Origin: Spirochaetia bacterium
GTDB lineage: Bacteria > Spirochaetota > Spirochaetia > UBA9216
NCBI GenBank assembly: GCA_965140585.1
Contig: OZ223269.1
Span: 832,001 to 896,000, forward strand
DNA: 64,000 nucleotides
Reading direction: 5' to 3'
Of this stretch, positions 33,299-44,241 are shown one piece after another. Made by a program: the position numbers and the translations under genes. Below the pieces are notes generated by a model. It ran no database searches and was not told where the DNA came from. It saw only the letters and a program-made list of their open reading frames with translations. How positions within the stretch are numbered: position 1 is the first letter of the stretch; each line of letters starts with the position of its first letter.

Positions 33299-34928
33299 AA
33301 AGTTATTATATGTTATTCTTGCGGCTCTTGTTTTAACTGCTTCAGTACTGGCAGTTATCGTAGTAATTGAATTAAAATCAAATGCAGAGAATGATATAAC
33401 TAATTTAATTAAAGAGGTCGACCTTAATCTGGCTTCAGGTTTTTATTCTGAAGCACAGAATCTTCTTCTCGATTATTCCGGGCAGGTAAAAACTTCAAAA
33501 CAAGGTTTGAGTGCATTAAAAAGAGCAGATGTAATTTACCGGAATACTTCTGATCTTAATTTTTATAAGAAACTTGCTGCAAACTTAAATAATAAATTTC
33601 CCAATAACATAGATATTAAGGCTGTTCTTGCCTTTATAGATACTAAATTAAATTATGAAAAAAGCATCCCTGAACAGTATCTTCAAGACCTCAAATATTC
33701 CGGATTTTATGAACTTTACTTGATTGCTAATTTAGACAATCCGGAAAATCTGAATGATAAAAAACTAAAGAAGAAACTTACTCAATGGCAGAATTTGCTT
33801 CTGTATTCAGAAATAGAAGAAATTTCTGATGAAGATTTGGCTGATTCCGGTCTTTTGAAGTATGACAGAAAAATCCAGCTTGATATTGCTTTGCTCAAGG
33901 CACAATCAGGCGATTTTCAATCCGCCGCATCTTATCTATATGATATTGAAGAAACATATTTCACAGAAGTAAGAACTTTTCTTGCATACGATATGGGAGA
34001 TTTTAATAAAGCAGCCGCCCTGATTAACGAGATGAAAAGTGATGATCCGTTTTACTCTTCAGATAAAATGCAGCTGTTTAAAGCAGATATTTACATGCAA
34101 TCAGGAATGAAGGATAAGGCATCAGCTATTTATCGTCAGATAATAGATAGTTCGCCCGATTATTCGGCAGTACCGTATTATAATCTCTATAAAATGAATA
34201 AATCAGGAACCGGTTTTGAGTATATGAAACAGGGACTTAAATACTTTCCTGATGATAAGCAGCTTCTTGTTGAAGCTCTGAAATCACCTGAATACAAAGG
34301 AAATGTAACTGAGGTATCCGAAATTACAGCACAGCTGATGGCCTTGTATTCTAACGATCCTGAAATACAGCTTATGTATCTTATTAACAGCTATAGAGGC
34401 CGAGCAGTAGAATTTATTACAGGTAATTTATGGAATATATATAATATTGATAAGGGTAATGAAAAAGTCTTTATTTATTTTTATAATTTTTTAATGAAAA
34501 TAAGAAACTTCACAGAAGCATCAGTCCTTGTTGATTCGTTCTCTAAAAATTACCGCCCATCCTCAGAGAATGTATACCTCAATTATAAAGCTGTTCTGGA
34601 TATATTGACCGGTGATTATTCAGGTGCTTATTCGATTGTTGATAATATCAGCAGCCGCGATGCTTTAAGTATGTATAATAGGGCGGTTATACAAGCCTTA
34701 AACGGAGATAATTCCGCTGCGATTGAAAATTTAAAATATGCCTCAACTTTAAAGAATTTGGATAAAGATAATCTTATTAAAATTTACTTTAAAACAGCTG
34801 AAACATATTATAATCTTAATGAAACAGAGAATGCTTTGAAGCAGCTCGACTATATCGAAAAACTTGATAGAAGCTACCTGAAAGCGGATCTGTTAAAAAA
34901 TAAAATAGAGACGGAATATTATGATTAG
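33288..34928 (+). CDS. Membrane-anchored TPR-like hypothetical protein
   Basis: N-terminal TM, helical repeats. Confidence 0.7.
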   Translation: MKTEKLLYVILAALVLTASVLAVIVVIELKSNAENDITNLIKEVDLNLASGFYSEAQNLLLDYSGQVKTSKQGLSALKRADVIYRNTSDLNFYKKLAANLNNKFPNNIDIKAVLAFIDTKLNYEKSIPEQYLQDLKYSGFYELYLIANLDNPENLNDKKLKKKLTQWQNLLLYSEIEEISDEDLADSGLLKYDRKIQLDIALLKAQSGDFQSAASYLYDIEETYFTEVRTFLAYDMGDFNKAAALINEMKSDDPFYSSDKMQLFKADIYMQSGMKDKASAIYRQIIDSSPDYSAVPYYNLYKMNKSGTGFEYMKQGLKYFPDDKQLLVEALKSPEYKGNVTEVSEITAQLMALYSNDPEIQLMYLINSYRGRAVEFITGNLWNIYNIDKGNEKVFIYFYNFLMKIRNFTEASVLVDSFSKNYRPSSENVYLNYKAVLDILTGDYSGAYSIVDNISSRDALSMYNRAVIQALNGDNSAAIENLKYASTLKNLDKDNLIKIYFKTAETYYNLNETENALKQLDYIEKLDRSYLKADLLKNKIETEYYD

Positions 34929-35670
34929 ATTAAAGAATGATGAACAGATAAACAGGATTAGAGAGTCCTGTAAAATGCTTGCAGAGGTATATAAAATTAT
35001 ACAGGAAGCCGTTGTTGATGGTATTACAACCAAAGAAATAGACAGTCTCTGTTACAGTGAAATCACTAAAAGAGGTGCAATCCCCGCATTTTTAAATTAT
35101 CAGGGTTTTCCTGCTTCAATCTGTATAAGTGTAAATGAAGAAGTGATTCATGGAATTCCCGGTAAACGAAGACTGAAAAAAGGTGATGTAGTAAGTCTTG
35201 ATCTTGGAATAGATCTTAAAGGCTTCATATCTGATGCAGCAATAACTCTCCCGGTCGGAAATGTGACTCCTGATGCGGAAAAACTTATGGAAACCACACG
35301 TAATGCGCTTTATAAGGGGATTGATGCCTGCAAAGCCGGTGGAAGAATAAAAGATATTTCCGGTGCTGTTTTCAATGTAGCTAAAAATCAGGGATACGGT
35401 GTTGTACGTGAATTTTGCGGACATGGTGTTGGCCTGGGACTGCATGAATCACCGCAGATTCCTAATTATGTGCATCCGGGACCAAATCCTAGAATTAAAA
35501 AAGGAATGGTACTCGCTATTGAACCGATGATTAATCTCGGCGGAGATGAAATAGAAATACTCGAGGATGAATGGACTGTAATTACATCAGATCATAGTAT
35601 TTCAGCTCATTTTGAACATACTGTTGCAGTATTCGAAGATCATACAGAAATACTTACTATTGCAGATTAA
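34921..35670 (+). CDS. map: Type I methionine aminopeptidase
   Basis: CISVNEEVIHGIP, GHGVGLGLHE, AIEPM, SAHFEHT. Confidence 0.97.
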   Translation: MIRLKNDEQINRIRESCKMLAEVYKIIQEAVVDGITTKEIDSLCYSEITKRGAIPAFLNYQGFPASICISVNEEVIHGIPGKRRLKKGDVVSLDLGIDLKGFISDAAITLPVGNVTPDAEKLMETTRNALYKGIDACKAGGRIKDISGAVFNVAKNQGYGVVREFCGHGVGLGLHESPQIPNYVHPGPNPRIKKGMVLAIEPMINLGGDEIEILEDEWTVITSDHSISAHFEHTVAVFEDHTEILTIAD

Positions 35671-35682
35671 AACGGAGTTTAA

Positions 35683-37140
35683 ATGTCCGCAAATAAATAT
35701 AAGAGCAAAATTTTAACACTGATATTCGTGTTTATCGCTGTATTCGCCGGTACAGTTGCTGGCAATTATTTATCTGGCAGAAGTTTTTTTAAACCTGCTG
35801 AGGTTAAAGCTTCAAAAACAGATTTGATCGATATGCAGTATACCTTCAGGGCCGTATCTGAAAAAGTGCTTCCCGTTGTAGTGGAAATAACTACAACTGA
35901 AGTGATTCAGCAGGAAATGCCGGAAGGCTATACCTGGCCTTTTAATTTTATTGAACCCGATGATGACACCGGTGATGAAGCCCCGAGGATTGAAGAATTT
36001 GAATCTGAAGGTCTGGGGTCCGGAGTTATTGTCGGCCGCGATGTAAATACATATTACGTTTTAACCAATAATCATGTGATCGGGCAGGCAGACAGTATTT
36101 CTGTAAAACTATACAAAGGTGAAAGCTATACGGCCGAAATTGTTGGTCGCGATGAAAGAAAAGATCTTGCAATGGTTTCTTTTGTTAATGAGAATGACCT
36201 TGATGTGGCTGTCCTGGGCGATTCTGATGAACTTAGAGTTGGAGACTGGGTACTTGCAGTTGGTAATCCTCTTGGCTATGAATCGACTGTAACTGCCGGT
36301 ATTGTAAGTGCCATCGGCAGAAACGGACCTTCTGATAATATCAGTGATTTTATTCAGACAGATGCTTCAATTAACCAGGGAAACTCCGGCGGAGCTCTAG
36401 TAAATCTTGATGGTGAGGTCGTCGGTATCAATACCTGGATTGCTACTCCGAATGGTGTGAGTATTGGTCTAGGATTCGCAATACCTGTTGATAATGTTAA
36501 AAACGCTGTAGATGACTTTATTGAATCAGGTGAAGTCAAATATGGATGGCTTGGTGTAAGTATAACAAATCCGGATGAGCAGACAGCAAAAGATCTCAAA
36601 ATTGAAGGTCAAACAGGGGCACTCATATATAATCTTTATGAAGACAGCCCTGCCGACAAGGCCGGATTGCTTCCGGGTGATTTTATAATAGCACTTGATA
36701 ATACTGAAATTCATGATTATATGCAGTTCACAAGGCTGGTGGGTGATGTTCGTGCAGGGGCAAAGATTGATATCAAATTGATCAGACAAGGGAAAACAAT
36801 TAAAATTCCGGTTACTATCGGGAATAGGGCTGACCGTGCCGAATTGACGTCTTTATATGGTAAAATCTGGCCGGGACTTTCAGGCCGGACACTTGATGAA
36901 GCTCTTAAAAAAGAAGCAGGTCTTGCTGAGTCTTTACATGGAGTAATTATTGCCGTAGAACCTAAAACTCGGGCAGCCGAATCGGGGCTCAAGGATTATG
37001 ACATAATCACTGAAATTGGCGGCGTGAAAATTAATAATATGATGGATTTTTTCACTGCTCTTAACGATAAAAAGAACAGCAGCTATTTAATAAAAGTTCT
37101 AAGAAACAGTAAGCAGGTCGAAATAGAACTTATACGCTAG
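35683..37140 (+). CDS. htrA: Do/DegP (HtrA) serine protease with two PDZ domains
   Basis: GSGVI, TNNHV, QTDASINQGNSGGAL, GWLGV. Confidence 0.93.
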   Translation: MSANKYKSKILTLIFVFIAVFAGTVAGNYLSGRSFFKPAEVKASKTDLIDMQYTFRAVSEKVLPVVVEITTTEVIQQEMPEGYTWPFNFIEPDDDTGDEAPRIEEFESEGLGSGVIVGRDVNTYYVLTNNHVIGQADSISVKLYKGESYTAEIVGRDERKDLAMVSFVNENDLDVAVLGDSDELRVGDWVLAVGNPLGYESTVTAGIVSAIGRNGPSDNISDFIQTDASINQGNSGGALVNLDGEVVGINTWIATPNGVSIGLGFAIPVDNVKNAVDDFIESGEVKYGWLGVSITNPDEQTAKDLKIEGQTGALIYNLYEDSPADKAGLLPGDFIIALDNTEIHDYMQFTRLVGDVRAGAKIDIKLIRQGKTIKIPVTIGNRADRAELTSLYGKIWPGLSGRTLDEALKKEAGLAESLHGVIIAVEPKTRAAESGLKDYDIITEIGGVKINNMMDFFTALNDKKNSSYLIKVLRNSKQVEIELIR

Positions 37141-37143
37141 AGG

Positions 37144-37758
37144 ATGGGGATTATGTCCAAAAACTTTCTTGAATACAACATGGTTAGAAATAACGCAATA
37201 AAACTCGCACATAGAATTCATAAAGATGGATTTATTCCTGATGTTATATATGTTTCACTGAGAGGTGGAGCATATATAGGAAATCTGATCAGCGAGTATT
37301 TTAAAGTTGTACGAGCCGACAGTCCTGTTCTATATGCTGCTGTTGTTGCACGTTCATATACTGATATACACAATCATGATGAAGTTCGAATTGACGGGTG
37401 GACTTACAACCCTGAATATTTAAGACAGGGAGATAAAATTCTGTTGGTTGATGACATCTATGATTCAGGAAAAACAATTAACTTTCTTGCAGATAAAATA
37501 CTACAGAGAGGCGTGCCGCGCAAAGACCTTAAAATTGCTGTTCATGATTATAAATTTTTTGAATACAAACCTGAACAGAATGAATTTCAGCCTGATTATT
37601 ACTGCAGGAAGCATGTAATTAAAAAACCTGATGAAGATCTGTGGATACATTATATGAGTCATGAACTGATCGGGCTTAAACATGAAGAACTCGAAAAGTA
37701 TTATTTTAACAACGATGAAGAGCTTAGAGAGGCACTGGATATTTTTGAAAAAAAATAA
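37144..37758 (+). CDS. Type I phosphoribosyltransferase
   Basis: SLRGG, PRPP-binding ILLVDDIYDSGKT. Confidence 0.88.
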   Translation: MGIMSKNFLEYNMVRNNAIKLAHRIHKDGFIPDVIYVSLRGGAYIGNLISEYFKVVRADSPVLYAAVVARSYTDIHNHDEVRIDGWTYNPEYLRQGDKILLVDDIYDSGKTINFLADKILQRGVPRKDLKIAVHDYKFFEYKPEQNEFQPDYYCRKHVIKKPDEDLWIHYMSHELIGLKHEELEKYYFNNDEELREALDIFEKK

Positions 37759-40700
37759 ATCGGCTATTTTAGCACTGTTATATTTTTTAATCCCCCTGCT
37801 TATTTATGCACAGGCATCAGACGCATTGTCTATTGAGCCTGAACCCGGGATCTATAATCAGAATATTATAATCAGATTGAACACAGAGAGTGTTGAAGAT
37901 GTTCTGTACGGCTTTGATAACGGTGAAGAGACTGAATTCCTTCCTTTTCCCGGAGGTGTTATTCTATCAGCATTACCCGGTGAAGAACGTGATTACCGGA
38001 TAGTTTTAAATTATGATAATAAAACACTTACCTTTGATTATAAAATTGACAGGAAAGTGCCGGGTAAACCTGAAATTAGAGTCGAGAATGATTTTGAAAC
38101 AGGACAAAAGAAAATTTATTTTAAAAGTGAAGCCGGATGTGAAACATTTTACGGATTCGATAATATAAAAAATCCCGATCCGGTAAAAGTTGAAGGCGAT
38201 TATGTCACAGCCTCTGATTCAACGATTGTTTATGCTTTCACACTGGATAGTGCAGGAAATTCCAGCGATTATTCCATATTTAAAATTGATGAAGACACCA
38301 TTCGCAGAAAAGTTAATCTGATTGATATAAAAAGTCCTGTGGAAGGTGAATTTGCAAATACTCAGCTGCTTTTTATTGATAAAACAGGTTTTGACTGGAT
38401 TAAATATACTCTTAATATGAATGATCCTGTTGAAGACGGCATCGAATACTATATGCCTGTAGAAATAAGGCGCTATGGTAATATTACTCTTAAAGTAGCA
38501 GGAAAACTTCAGGGCTCTGAAAAAATACTTTATGACGAAGTAAACTACAGGGTTACAACAAGGGCTCCTCTTAAAAATATACCTGAAAGCGGTATATATT
38601 CATCCGCAATAAGAATATTGAATGAGTTTGAAACTTATAAGTACTGTATTGAAGAAAGAAGCCCGGATGAAAAAGATCTGGATTTCAACCATGAACTTTT
38701 ATTGAATCCAGTTGCCGGCGGTGTTAAATATTCAACTCTCAGACTTCGGAATGTAAACGATGCCGAGCAGAGTGAATTCAGGTATTTTTATATTTTTGAT
38801 GATCGTAAACCTGCAAATCCGATTATTCAGCTTAATCAGAACCTTCCGTTTAGCAATAAAGTTGAAGTATCGATGTTCGGTCCGGATTACTCAAATATCT
38901 ATTATACCCTTGACGGTTCCAATCCCGGTTCGGGGTCAACTGAATATACTAAACCTTTTACACTGTCTGCACCTGAAAACCGAAATGCCGGTTCTTTTAT
39001 CCTGAAATCGAGAACTATTTCACTGAATGGAAAATCAAGCAGGATAATCTCAAATATTATTACTTATGACTCTCAAAAACCGGAAATTCCAGTTATTGAT
39101 ATTATCCACGATGAACAGTCGAACACATATAAATTACTTGCAGAAACAGAGCCTGGCGCACAGCTTAAATACAGGATTTCTTCTAAAAATGATCTCTCTG
39201 AAATCAGTTATGATCCGGCAGTTCCTTCTGATTTCATCCTGGATGTGCCTGAAGGTTACGAGAGCGATTTTTATATTCAGTTTATACAGATAGATGAAGC
39301 AGGAAACAGGTCTGATGAGACTGAAGTATATAAAATACATGCTGACCGCAAGCCTCCTGCCAAGCCTGAACTGTTAATTGCTGATGATATAATTACTATT
39401 GATGCGGAGACCGCTGAAACATTCTATAGTTTTGAAGTGTACAGGGAAGGACTTCTGATAAGTAAAGATTCCGCACGGTATGAAGGTCCCTTCAATGTCC
39501 CTGACTTGCCCGGAAATAATTCAGTTCTTAAATTTAATATTGAATCCTTTGATTCCTTCGGGAATAAAAGCGAGCTCTCTTATTTATACATACCTGAAAC
39601 AAGTATCATACCCGGTGAACCTCTTTTTAGCAGAAATGAGACAAATCAGAATATTTACAGCGGCGATTATGTAGAGTTTAAAGTTTTCCCTCAAAATCTT
39701 AACGATGAATTATATTATTATCTTACATTGACGGATGAGGAAGGAAAAACTGCGACATCCGGACCTGTAAAAACTGCTAATAATATTAGAATTGAAGGTG
39801 AGCCTAATACTCTGCTCGAATATTATCTTGAAGTTTTTTCAAAAAATAAAAATACAGGTAAAACTTCAGATTTTAAAACATTCAGTTTTGTTATTGATAA
39901 TAAAAGTCCTGAAATTCCAGAACTTATCGGTATAAAAAATGGAATGACAGTGAATTATCAAGTAATGCTCAATCCGCTGATTGATGATAACTCAACAGTA
40001 TTTATGTCTTTCAGAGAAGGGCAAGAGATACCGGACAGCCCTTTTGATGAGAATTCTTTTATTTTTAATAAACCCGTTGTTTTCGATGTTGATGCCGGAG
40101 GAGAAAAGACATTTAATATTGTCATAGGAGCTGAAGATGCTGCAGGTAACCGAAGCATCAATGACGAGTTGTTCAGTTTTACAATCGATAAAAAGGTTCC
40201 GGATAATAGCTCAATACTGACTGAATCAATATACGACTTTACTGATTCATTTGTGATTTCTGCATATAATCCGGACGGCTCAAGGAAATATTATTATGAA
40301 ATAACCGAGAGTCCGGAAATTCCTGTTGAACCGGGTATAGGTTCAAAATTCTTTACAGATAATCTTATTGTAAACGGGGAACCTGGCATTGAAAAAAATC
40401 TTTATGTCAAAATAAAAACGGCAGACTCTGCCGGTAATCTCAGCAGTAATACAAAGTTTTTAAGTTTTAATATTGATCAAAAAAAACCACTTAATGACAT
40501 CTCACCATTTATTGAATTCAACCGCAGTAAGTCACGTATTCTGTTGGGATGGAATAACGGAACAGATTCTTTGAAATTCAGAATACCTGAATTATCTGCA
40601 GAGTTTACAGATTTTATATACCCAAAAACATTTAAATTCGATAAGGATCTTGAAAGTATTCATATTGAGTATTTGAAAACCGATTCTGGCGGGAATTCCA

Positions 40701-42826
40701 GCGACATTCGAAGTCAGAATATATTTCTGCCTTTTAATAACGAGGGTGTGATCGTAAATGGAATTGAAAATAATGCTTCATATAACAGTGATGTTAATGC
40801 AAGGCGTGCAGTAGACGGAGCGTTCATACGTTACGAAATTTCTACTGAAGATTTCAACGTGCCTGAAGTTACAGTTTTCAGTCCGGAAATGCCTGATAAA
40901 CTTATTTTTAGTGCTGCTGATGGTGAAACTATTAATTATTCAGTTAAATTTAAAGAATTTCAGAATAAAGATGATATAACCGGCGGAAAACAGCAAACAG
41001 TTCGATTCAGTATTGATAAGAAATCGCCGCTTCCTCCTGGACTTTCTGGAATTGTAGATGGTGAATATTATTTAGATGATCAGACAGTCAGTTTTGAATC
41101 CAATGAGAGAAAAATATTTTACTCAATTACTGATATAAACTCTTCTTCTGAAGAATTCAGTCTGTTTACTAAACCTATACGTATTGCTTCTGAATCCGGA
41201 ACATATGCAACCTATATGATTATGGCCTTTAGTGAAGACAGTGCCGGTAATAGATCAAATACAGCAGTATGGTCAATCACAATTGATAAAGAGATTATCT
41301 ATGTATCTCCGGACGGTAAAGACTATGCCAGCGGTACCAGGAGTAATCCTTTTAAAACTTTAAACAGGGCAGTTGAACAGCTTAAAAACTCTGACAGAAA
41401 AACTATATTCCTTGCTGAAGGTAAATATACTCTTAATTCTTCAGTAATTATCGATGAAAATATTTCAATATACGGTGGTTTTAAAAGTAATAACTGGTTT
41501 GAACAAAAAGGCACAAGCCTCATTGAGACAGGTGATGTATTTATCGGTTCCAATCCTCTGTTTTATGTTTACGGCGGTACTTTAAATTTAAGAAAAATCA
41601 GAACTGAAAATATTGAGCAGTTAACTGATTCTGTCTTTTTTCTAAATAAGGGAACATTGAATTTTACCGACTGTGAATTTAAAACTACTTCAGTTAAACT
41701 GTCATCTTTTATAAGACAGTTCTACGGTGAAGTTAACATTATAAACTCCTCAATAACAGCACCTGCACAGAAGGACAGTATAATTGATTCATCAGACGGA
41801 TTACTGAAAATTGTAAACAGCAGTATAAGCGGTGGAAGTGATAGTAATAATTTTGATATTATAAAGATCAATAACACTGGAAATTTTGTATTAAGTTCTT
41901 CAAAAATTACTGCAGAGAGCGGTAAAAACCTGAATTGTATAAAATCTTATTCCAGTTTTATTAATCTGCGTTCTGCAGAATTTAATATTCTCTCTTCAGA
42001 TGTCTCTGCTTCGGTAATCAATGCGGAAAATTCTAATTTAACAGCAACATACATTAAAGTAAAAAGCCAGCCAGAAGTACGACTATTCAATATAGTTGAA
42101 GCAGTTGACTCAAGTATTGAACTTATTGCCTCAACTATTGTAACCGACGCAGGAAACAGTATTGTAGGATTTAAATTGACAGGCGGGCAGTCAAAGTTTA
42201 ACAGAAATACTTTAAAAACCGGAAACAGTGTATCTGATTTTGTGTATCTTTTTAATTTAAATCAGGGAAGACATCGTTTTGAAACCAATATATTTGACAT
42301 TGGCGATACTGATAATGTTTTAGCCTTTAAAAATATTGAATCGGAAATTGAAGTTTTCAATAATACTTTTGTTCTAAACTCTTTTGATGCTGAAATACTG
42401 TTTGATGAGTCTGTTAACAGTAATATAAAATATATCAATAATATTTTTGATATAGAACAGCCGGAGAGTTCCGGTATTTTTATAAATAATTTTAGTGATA
42501 ATCATTTCTCGATAAAAAATAACTGCTTTAACGGTTGGTCAGTGTTTACTTCCGGTTTAAATCCAGCTGTAAATCTTATCGAACTGGACCTTCTGGACGG
42601 ATCATTCTCAAGCGGAAATATTTCCGGAAATATAAGTACAGATATAATTTTCAATGAAGATGGAAAATATCGGCTTAATCCGGAATCACCATGTATTGAT
42701 TCCGGTTATAATCTGGAAAATCTTCTAAATAACAAAACTGATATTGATGGTGAATCAAGACCTAACAGGGTACTTGGATTAAACCCGGTATATGATATCG
42801 GTGCTGATGAATATTACGATTATTAA
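37745..42826 (+). CDS. Large exported protein: Ig/Fn3-like repeats, chitobiase/hexosaminidase-C-like module, DUF1565/beta-helix, choice-of-anchor-Q-like C-terminus
   Basis: TTG 37745 gives a signal peptide (KKNKSAILALLYFLIPLLIYAQA); about 7 D-x-x-GN-x-S repeats; IYYTLDGSNP; IYVSPDGKD..GTRSNPFKT; SPCIDSG..DIDGESRP..YDIGADEY. Confidence 0.8.
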   Translation: MKKNKSAILALLYFLIPLLIYAQASDALSIEPEPGIYNQNIIIRLNTESVEDVLYGFDNGEETEFLPFPGGVILSALPGEERDYRIVLNYDNKTLTFDYKIDRKVPGKPEIRVENDFETGQKKIYFKSEAGCETFYGFDNIKNPDPVKVEGDYVTASDSTIVYAFTLDSAGNSSDYSIFKIDEDTIRRKVNLIDIKSPVEGEFANTQLLFIDKTGFDWIKYTLNMNDPVEDGIEYYMPVEIRRYGNITLKVAGKLQGSEKILYDEVNYRVTTRAPLKNIPESGIYSSAIRILNEFETYKYCIEERSPDEKDLDFNHELLLNPVAGGVKYSTLRLRNVNDAEQSEFRYFYIFDDRKPANPIIQLNQNLPFSNKVEVSMFGPDYSNIYYTLDGSNPGSGSTEYTKPFTLSAPENRNAGSFILKSRTISLNGKSSRIISNIITYDSQKPEIPVIDIIHDEQSNTYKLLAETEPGAQLKYRISSKNDLSEISYDPAVPSDFILDVPEGYESDFYIQFIQIDEAGNRSDETEVYKIHADRKPPAKPELLIADDIITIDAETAETFYSFEVYREGLLISKDSARYEGPFNVPDLPGNNSVLKFNIESFDSFGNKSELSYLYIPETSIIPGEPLFSRNETNQNIYSGDYVEFKVFPQNLNDELYYYLTLTDEEGKTATSGPVKTANNIRIEGEPNTLLEYYLEVFSKNKNTGKTSDFKTFSFVIDNKSPEIPELIGIKNGMTVNYQVMLNPLIDDNSTVFMSFREGQEIPDSPFDENSFIFNKPVVFDVDAGGEKTFNIVIGAEDAAGNRSINDELFSFTIDKKVPDNSSILTESIYDFTDSFVISAYNPDGSRKYYYEITESPEIPVEPGIGSKFFTDNLIVNGEPGIEKNLYVKIKTADSAGNLSSNTKFLSFNIDQKKPLNDISPFIEFNRSKSRILLGWNNGTDSLKFRIPELSAEFTDFIYPKTFKFDKDLESIHIEYLKTDSGGNSSDIRSQNIFLPFNNEGVIVNGIENNASYNSDVNARRAVDGAFIRYEISTEDFNVPEVTVFSPEMPDKLIFSAADGETINYSVKFKEFQNKDDITGGKQQTVRFSIDKKSPLPPGLSGIVDGEYYLDDQTVSFESNERKIFYSITDINSSSEEFSLFTKPIRIASESGTYATYMIMAFSEDSAGNRSNTAVWSITIDKEIIYVSPDGKDYASGTRSNPFKTLNRAVEQLKNSDRKTIFLAEGKYTLNSSVIIDENISIYGGFKSNNWFEQKGTSLIETGDVFIGSNPLFYVYGGTLNLRKIRTENIEQLTDSVFFLNKGTLNFTDCEFKTTSVKLSSFIRQFYGEVNIINSSITAPAQKDSIIDSSDGLLKIVNSSISGGSDSNNFDIIKINNTGNFVLSSSKITAESGKNLNCIKSYSSFINLRSAEFNILSSDVSASVINAENSNLTATYIKVKSQPEVRLFNIVEAVDSSIELIASTIVTDAGNSIVGFKLTGGQSKFNRNTLKTGNSVSDFVYLFNLNQGRHRFETNIFDIGDTDNVLAFKNIESEIEVFNNTFVLNSFDAEILFDESVNSNIKYINNIFDIEQPESSGIFINNFSDNHFSIKNNCFNGWSVFTSGLNPAVNLIELDLLDGSFSSGNISGNISTDIIFNEDGKYRLNPESPCIDSGYNLENLLNNKTDIDGESRPNRVLGLNPVYDIGADEYYDY

Positions 42827-42830
42827 TAAA

Positions 42831-42878
42831 AAAAGTCATATCTGAAAAACCTGAATTGGTAATCAAGATATGACTTTT
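42831..42878. terminator. Inverted repeat between convergent genes (probable bidirectional terminator)
   Basis: AAAAGTCATATCT-22nt-AGATATGACTTTT. Confidence 0.6.
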
Positions 42879-42921
42879 CTAAAAAGCTGAATGTGCAAAA
42901 GGACGTTTTTAATAATCTATA

Positions 42922-44232
42922 TTATTCAACCGCCCAGAGCCGGGTGCTGTCTGAACTTTCATAGTTAAACCACAGTCCGCTACTGTAGCCCATTGCAAAC
43001 AGATAGTCGTAGTCTGAATCGTAATAAAAATCCAAAATTACTGCACTGGAAAGATCTATTGAACTGTAATGAGTTACCGTACAGAACAATGATGTTGAAT
43101 CCTCAGGTGAGAAAATTTCAGCAGTAGAACTCATTGTGCCTTCAGATTCAATTTGAAGTTCATAGTATCCTTCATTGGTACCGAATAAGAGAACCTTATT
43201 CGTCCCAAAGGTAACAAGTTCAATATCATAAAGATCCAGGTCCAGCGGATCAGGATAGGAATCTGCTGATGAGCTGTAAATATCTGTGTTATATACATCA
43301 GACCACGAACTTCCGTCATACCTTAAAATATACCCTTCTTTGAAAGTAAGATAGATATAATCAGACGAGCCGTTATTGTAGCAGACCAGACCACCGTATC
43401 CACTATTGAGAAGAAAATCTGAGATCTTTTCATCATCGGAACCTGCATCTGTATCATCGAAAACAGTTGTGTCAGATATTTCGGTAAGTGAACCTGATGC
43501 TCCGGTGTACAGTCGTATACCGGAAATCAGCCAGAATGTTGTACCATCGCTTTCAACATCAATATCAAACGTACCGCCGTTAGTTATATCAGTCAGCTCC
43601 TCAGTCAACGTCATACCAGCAGTTATATCAAGAGTAGCAGCGTTGTATGAATAAACATTATAGACAGAGGTGCTATAGCCGCCAAGGGTTACATTAGGGG
43701 TTATTGTGTAAATAAATAAGGTCTGGTTGGGAGTTGTATCAACAACCTCGATATTCACTACATATTCACCTGCAGATGTATTAAGCTGGTTTATGACAAC
43801 TTCAGTCCATATGGACGTAGAGTCAGCTGAAAGTGCAGATGCATCGCAGCTGTAAAGATGATGCTCTGTAGTGTCGGTGTCATAATAGACTGCAAAAATT
43901 TTACCGTTTAACAGAATTGCTTCATAGGTAATATAATTTGAGTTTTCAGTTGCAGTAGATCCCGGAGGTTTGGCAAAGTTCCAGACAACATTGCTTGATT
44001 CAATATTATCAGTTTTTTTGAAATATAAATTCCCGGCTGCAGCAAAGTATGTTTCTTCAGTTCCGGTTCCGAATTTTCCCATTGAACGTACAGTGAGTGC
44101 GTCATCAAGAGAGCCGTTAGCAATTTCTATCTCTTCTTCAAGACTGTAAAACATACCTGTCGGATTATCTGGACAGGAATAAATCAGAAGAATTGCAGAA
44201 ATCATTGTAAATATGGTTAAAAATCTTTTCAT
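42922..44232 (-). CDS. Acidic beta-rich lipoprotein (possible beta-propeller, TP0136-like)
   Basis: Lipoprotein signal ..AILLIYS-C; beta-strand-rich; N-terminus TGMFYSLEEEI resembles TP0136-type lipoproteins as I recall them. Confidence 0.7.
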   Translation of the reverse strand: MKRFLTIFTMISAILLIYSCPDNPTGMFYSLEEEIEIANGSLDDALTVRSMGKFGTGTEETYFAAAGNLYFKKTDNIESSNVVWNFAKPPGSTATENSNYITYEAILLNGKIFAVYYDTDTTEHHLYSCDASALSADSTSIWTEVVINQLNTSAGEYVVNIEVVDTTPNQTLFIYTITPNVTLGGYSTSVYNVYSYNAATLDITAGMTLTEELTDITNGGTFDIDVESDGTTFWLISGIRLYTGASGSLTEISDTTVFDDTDAGSDDEKISDFLLNSGYGGLVCYNNGSSDYIYLTFKEGYILRYDGSSWSDVYNTDIYSSSADSYPDPLDLDLYDIELVTFGTNKVLLFGTNEGYYELQIESEGTMSSTAEIFSPEDSTSLFCTVTHYSSIDLSSAVILDFYYDSDYDYLFAMGYSSGLWFNYESSDSTRLWAVE

Positions 44233-44241
44233 AAATATTCC

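Noticed and set aside
38240-41290. Recurrent GCAGGNAA-like DNA motifs as a repeat array or CRISPR
   Set aside because: They are degenerate codons for protein-level DxAGN repeats with irregular spacing inside one ORF
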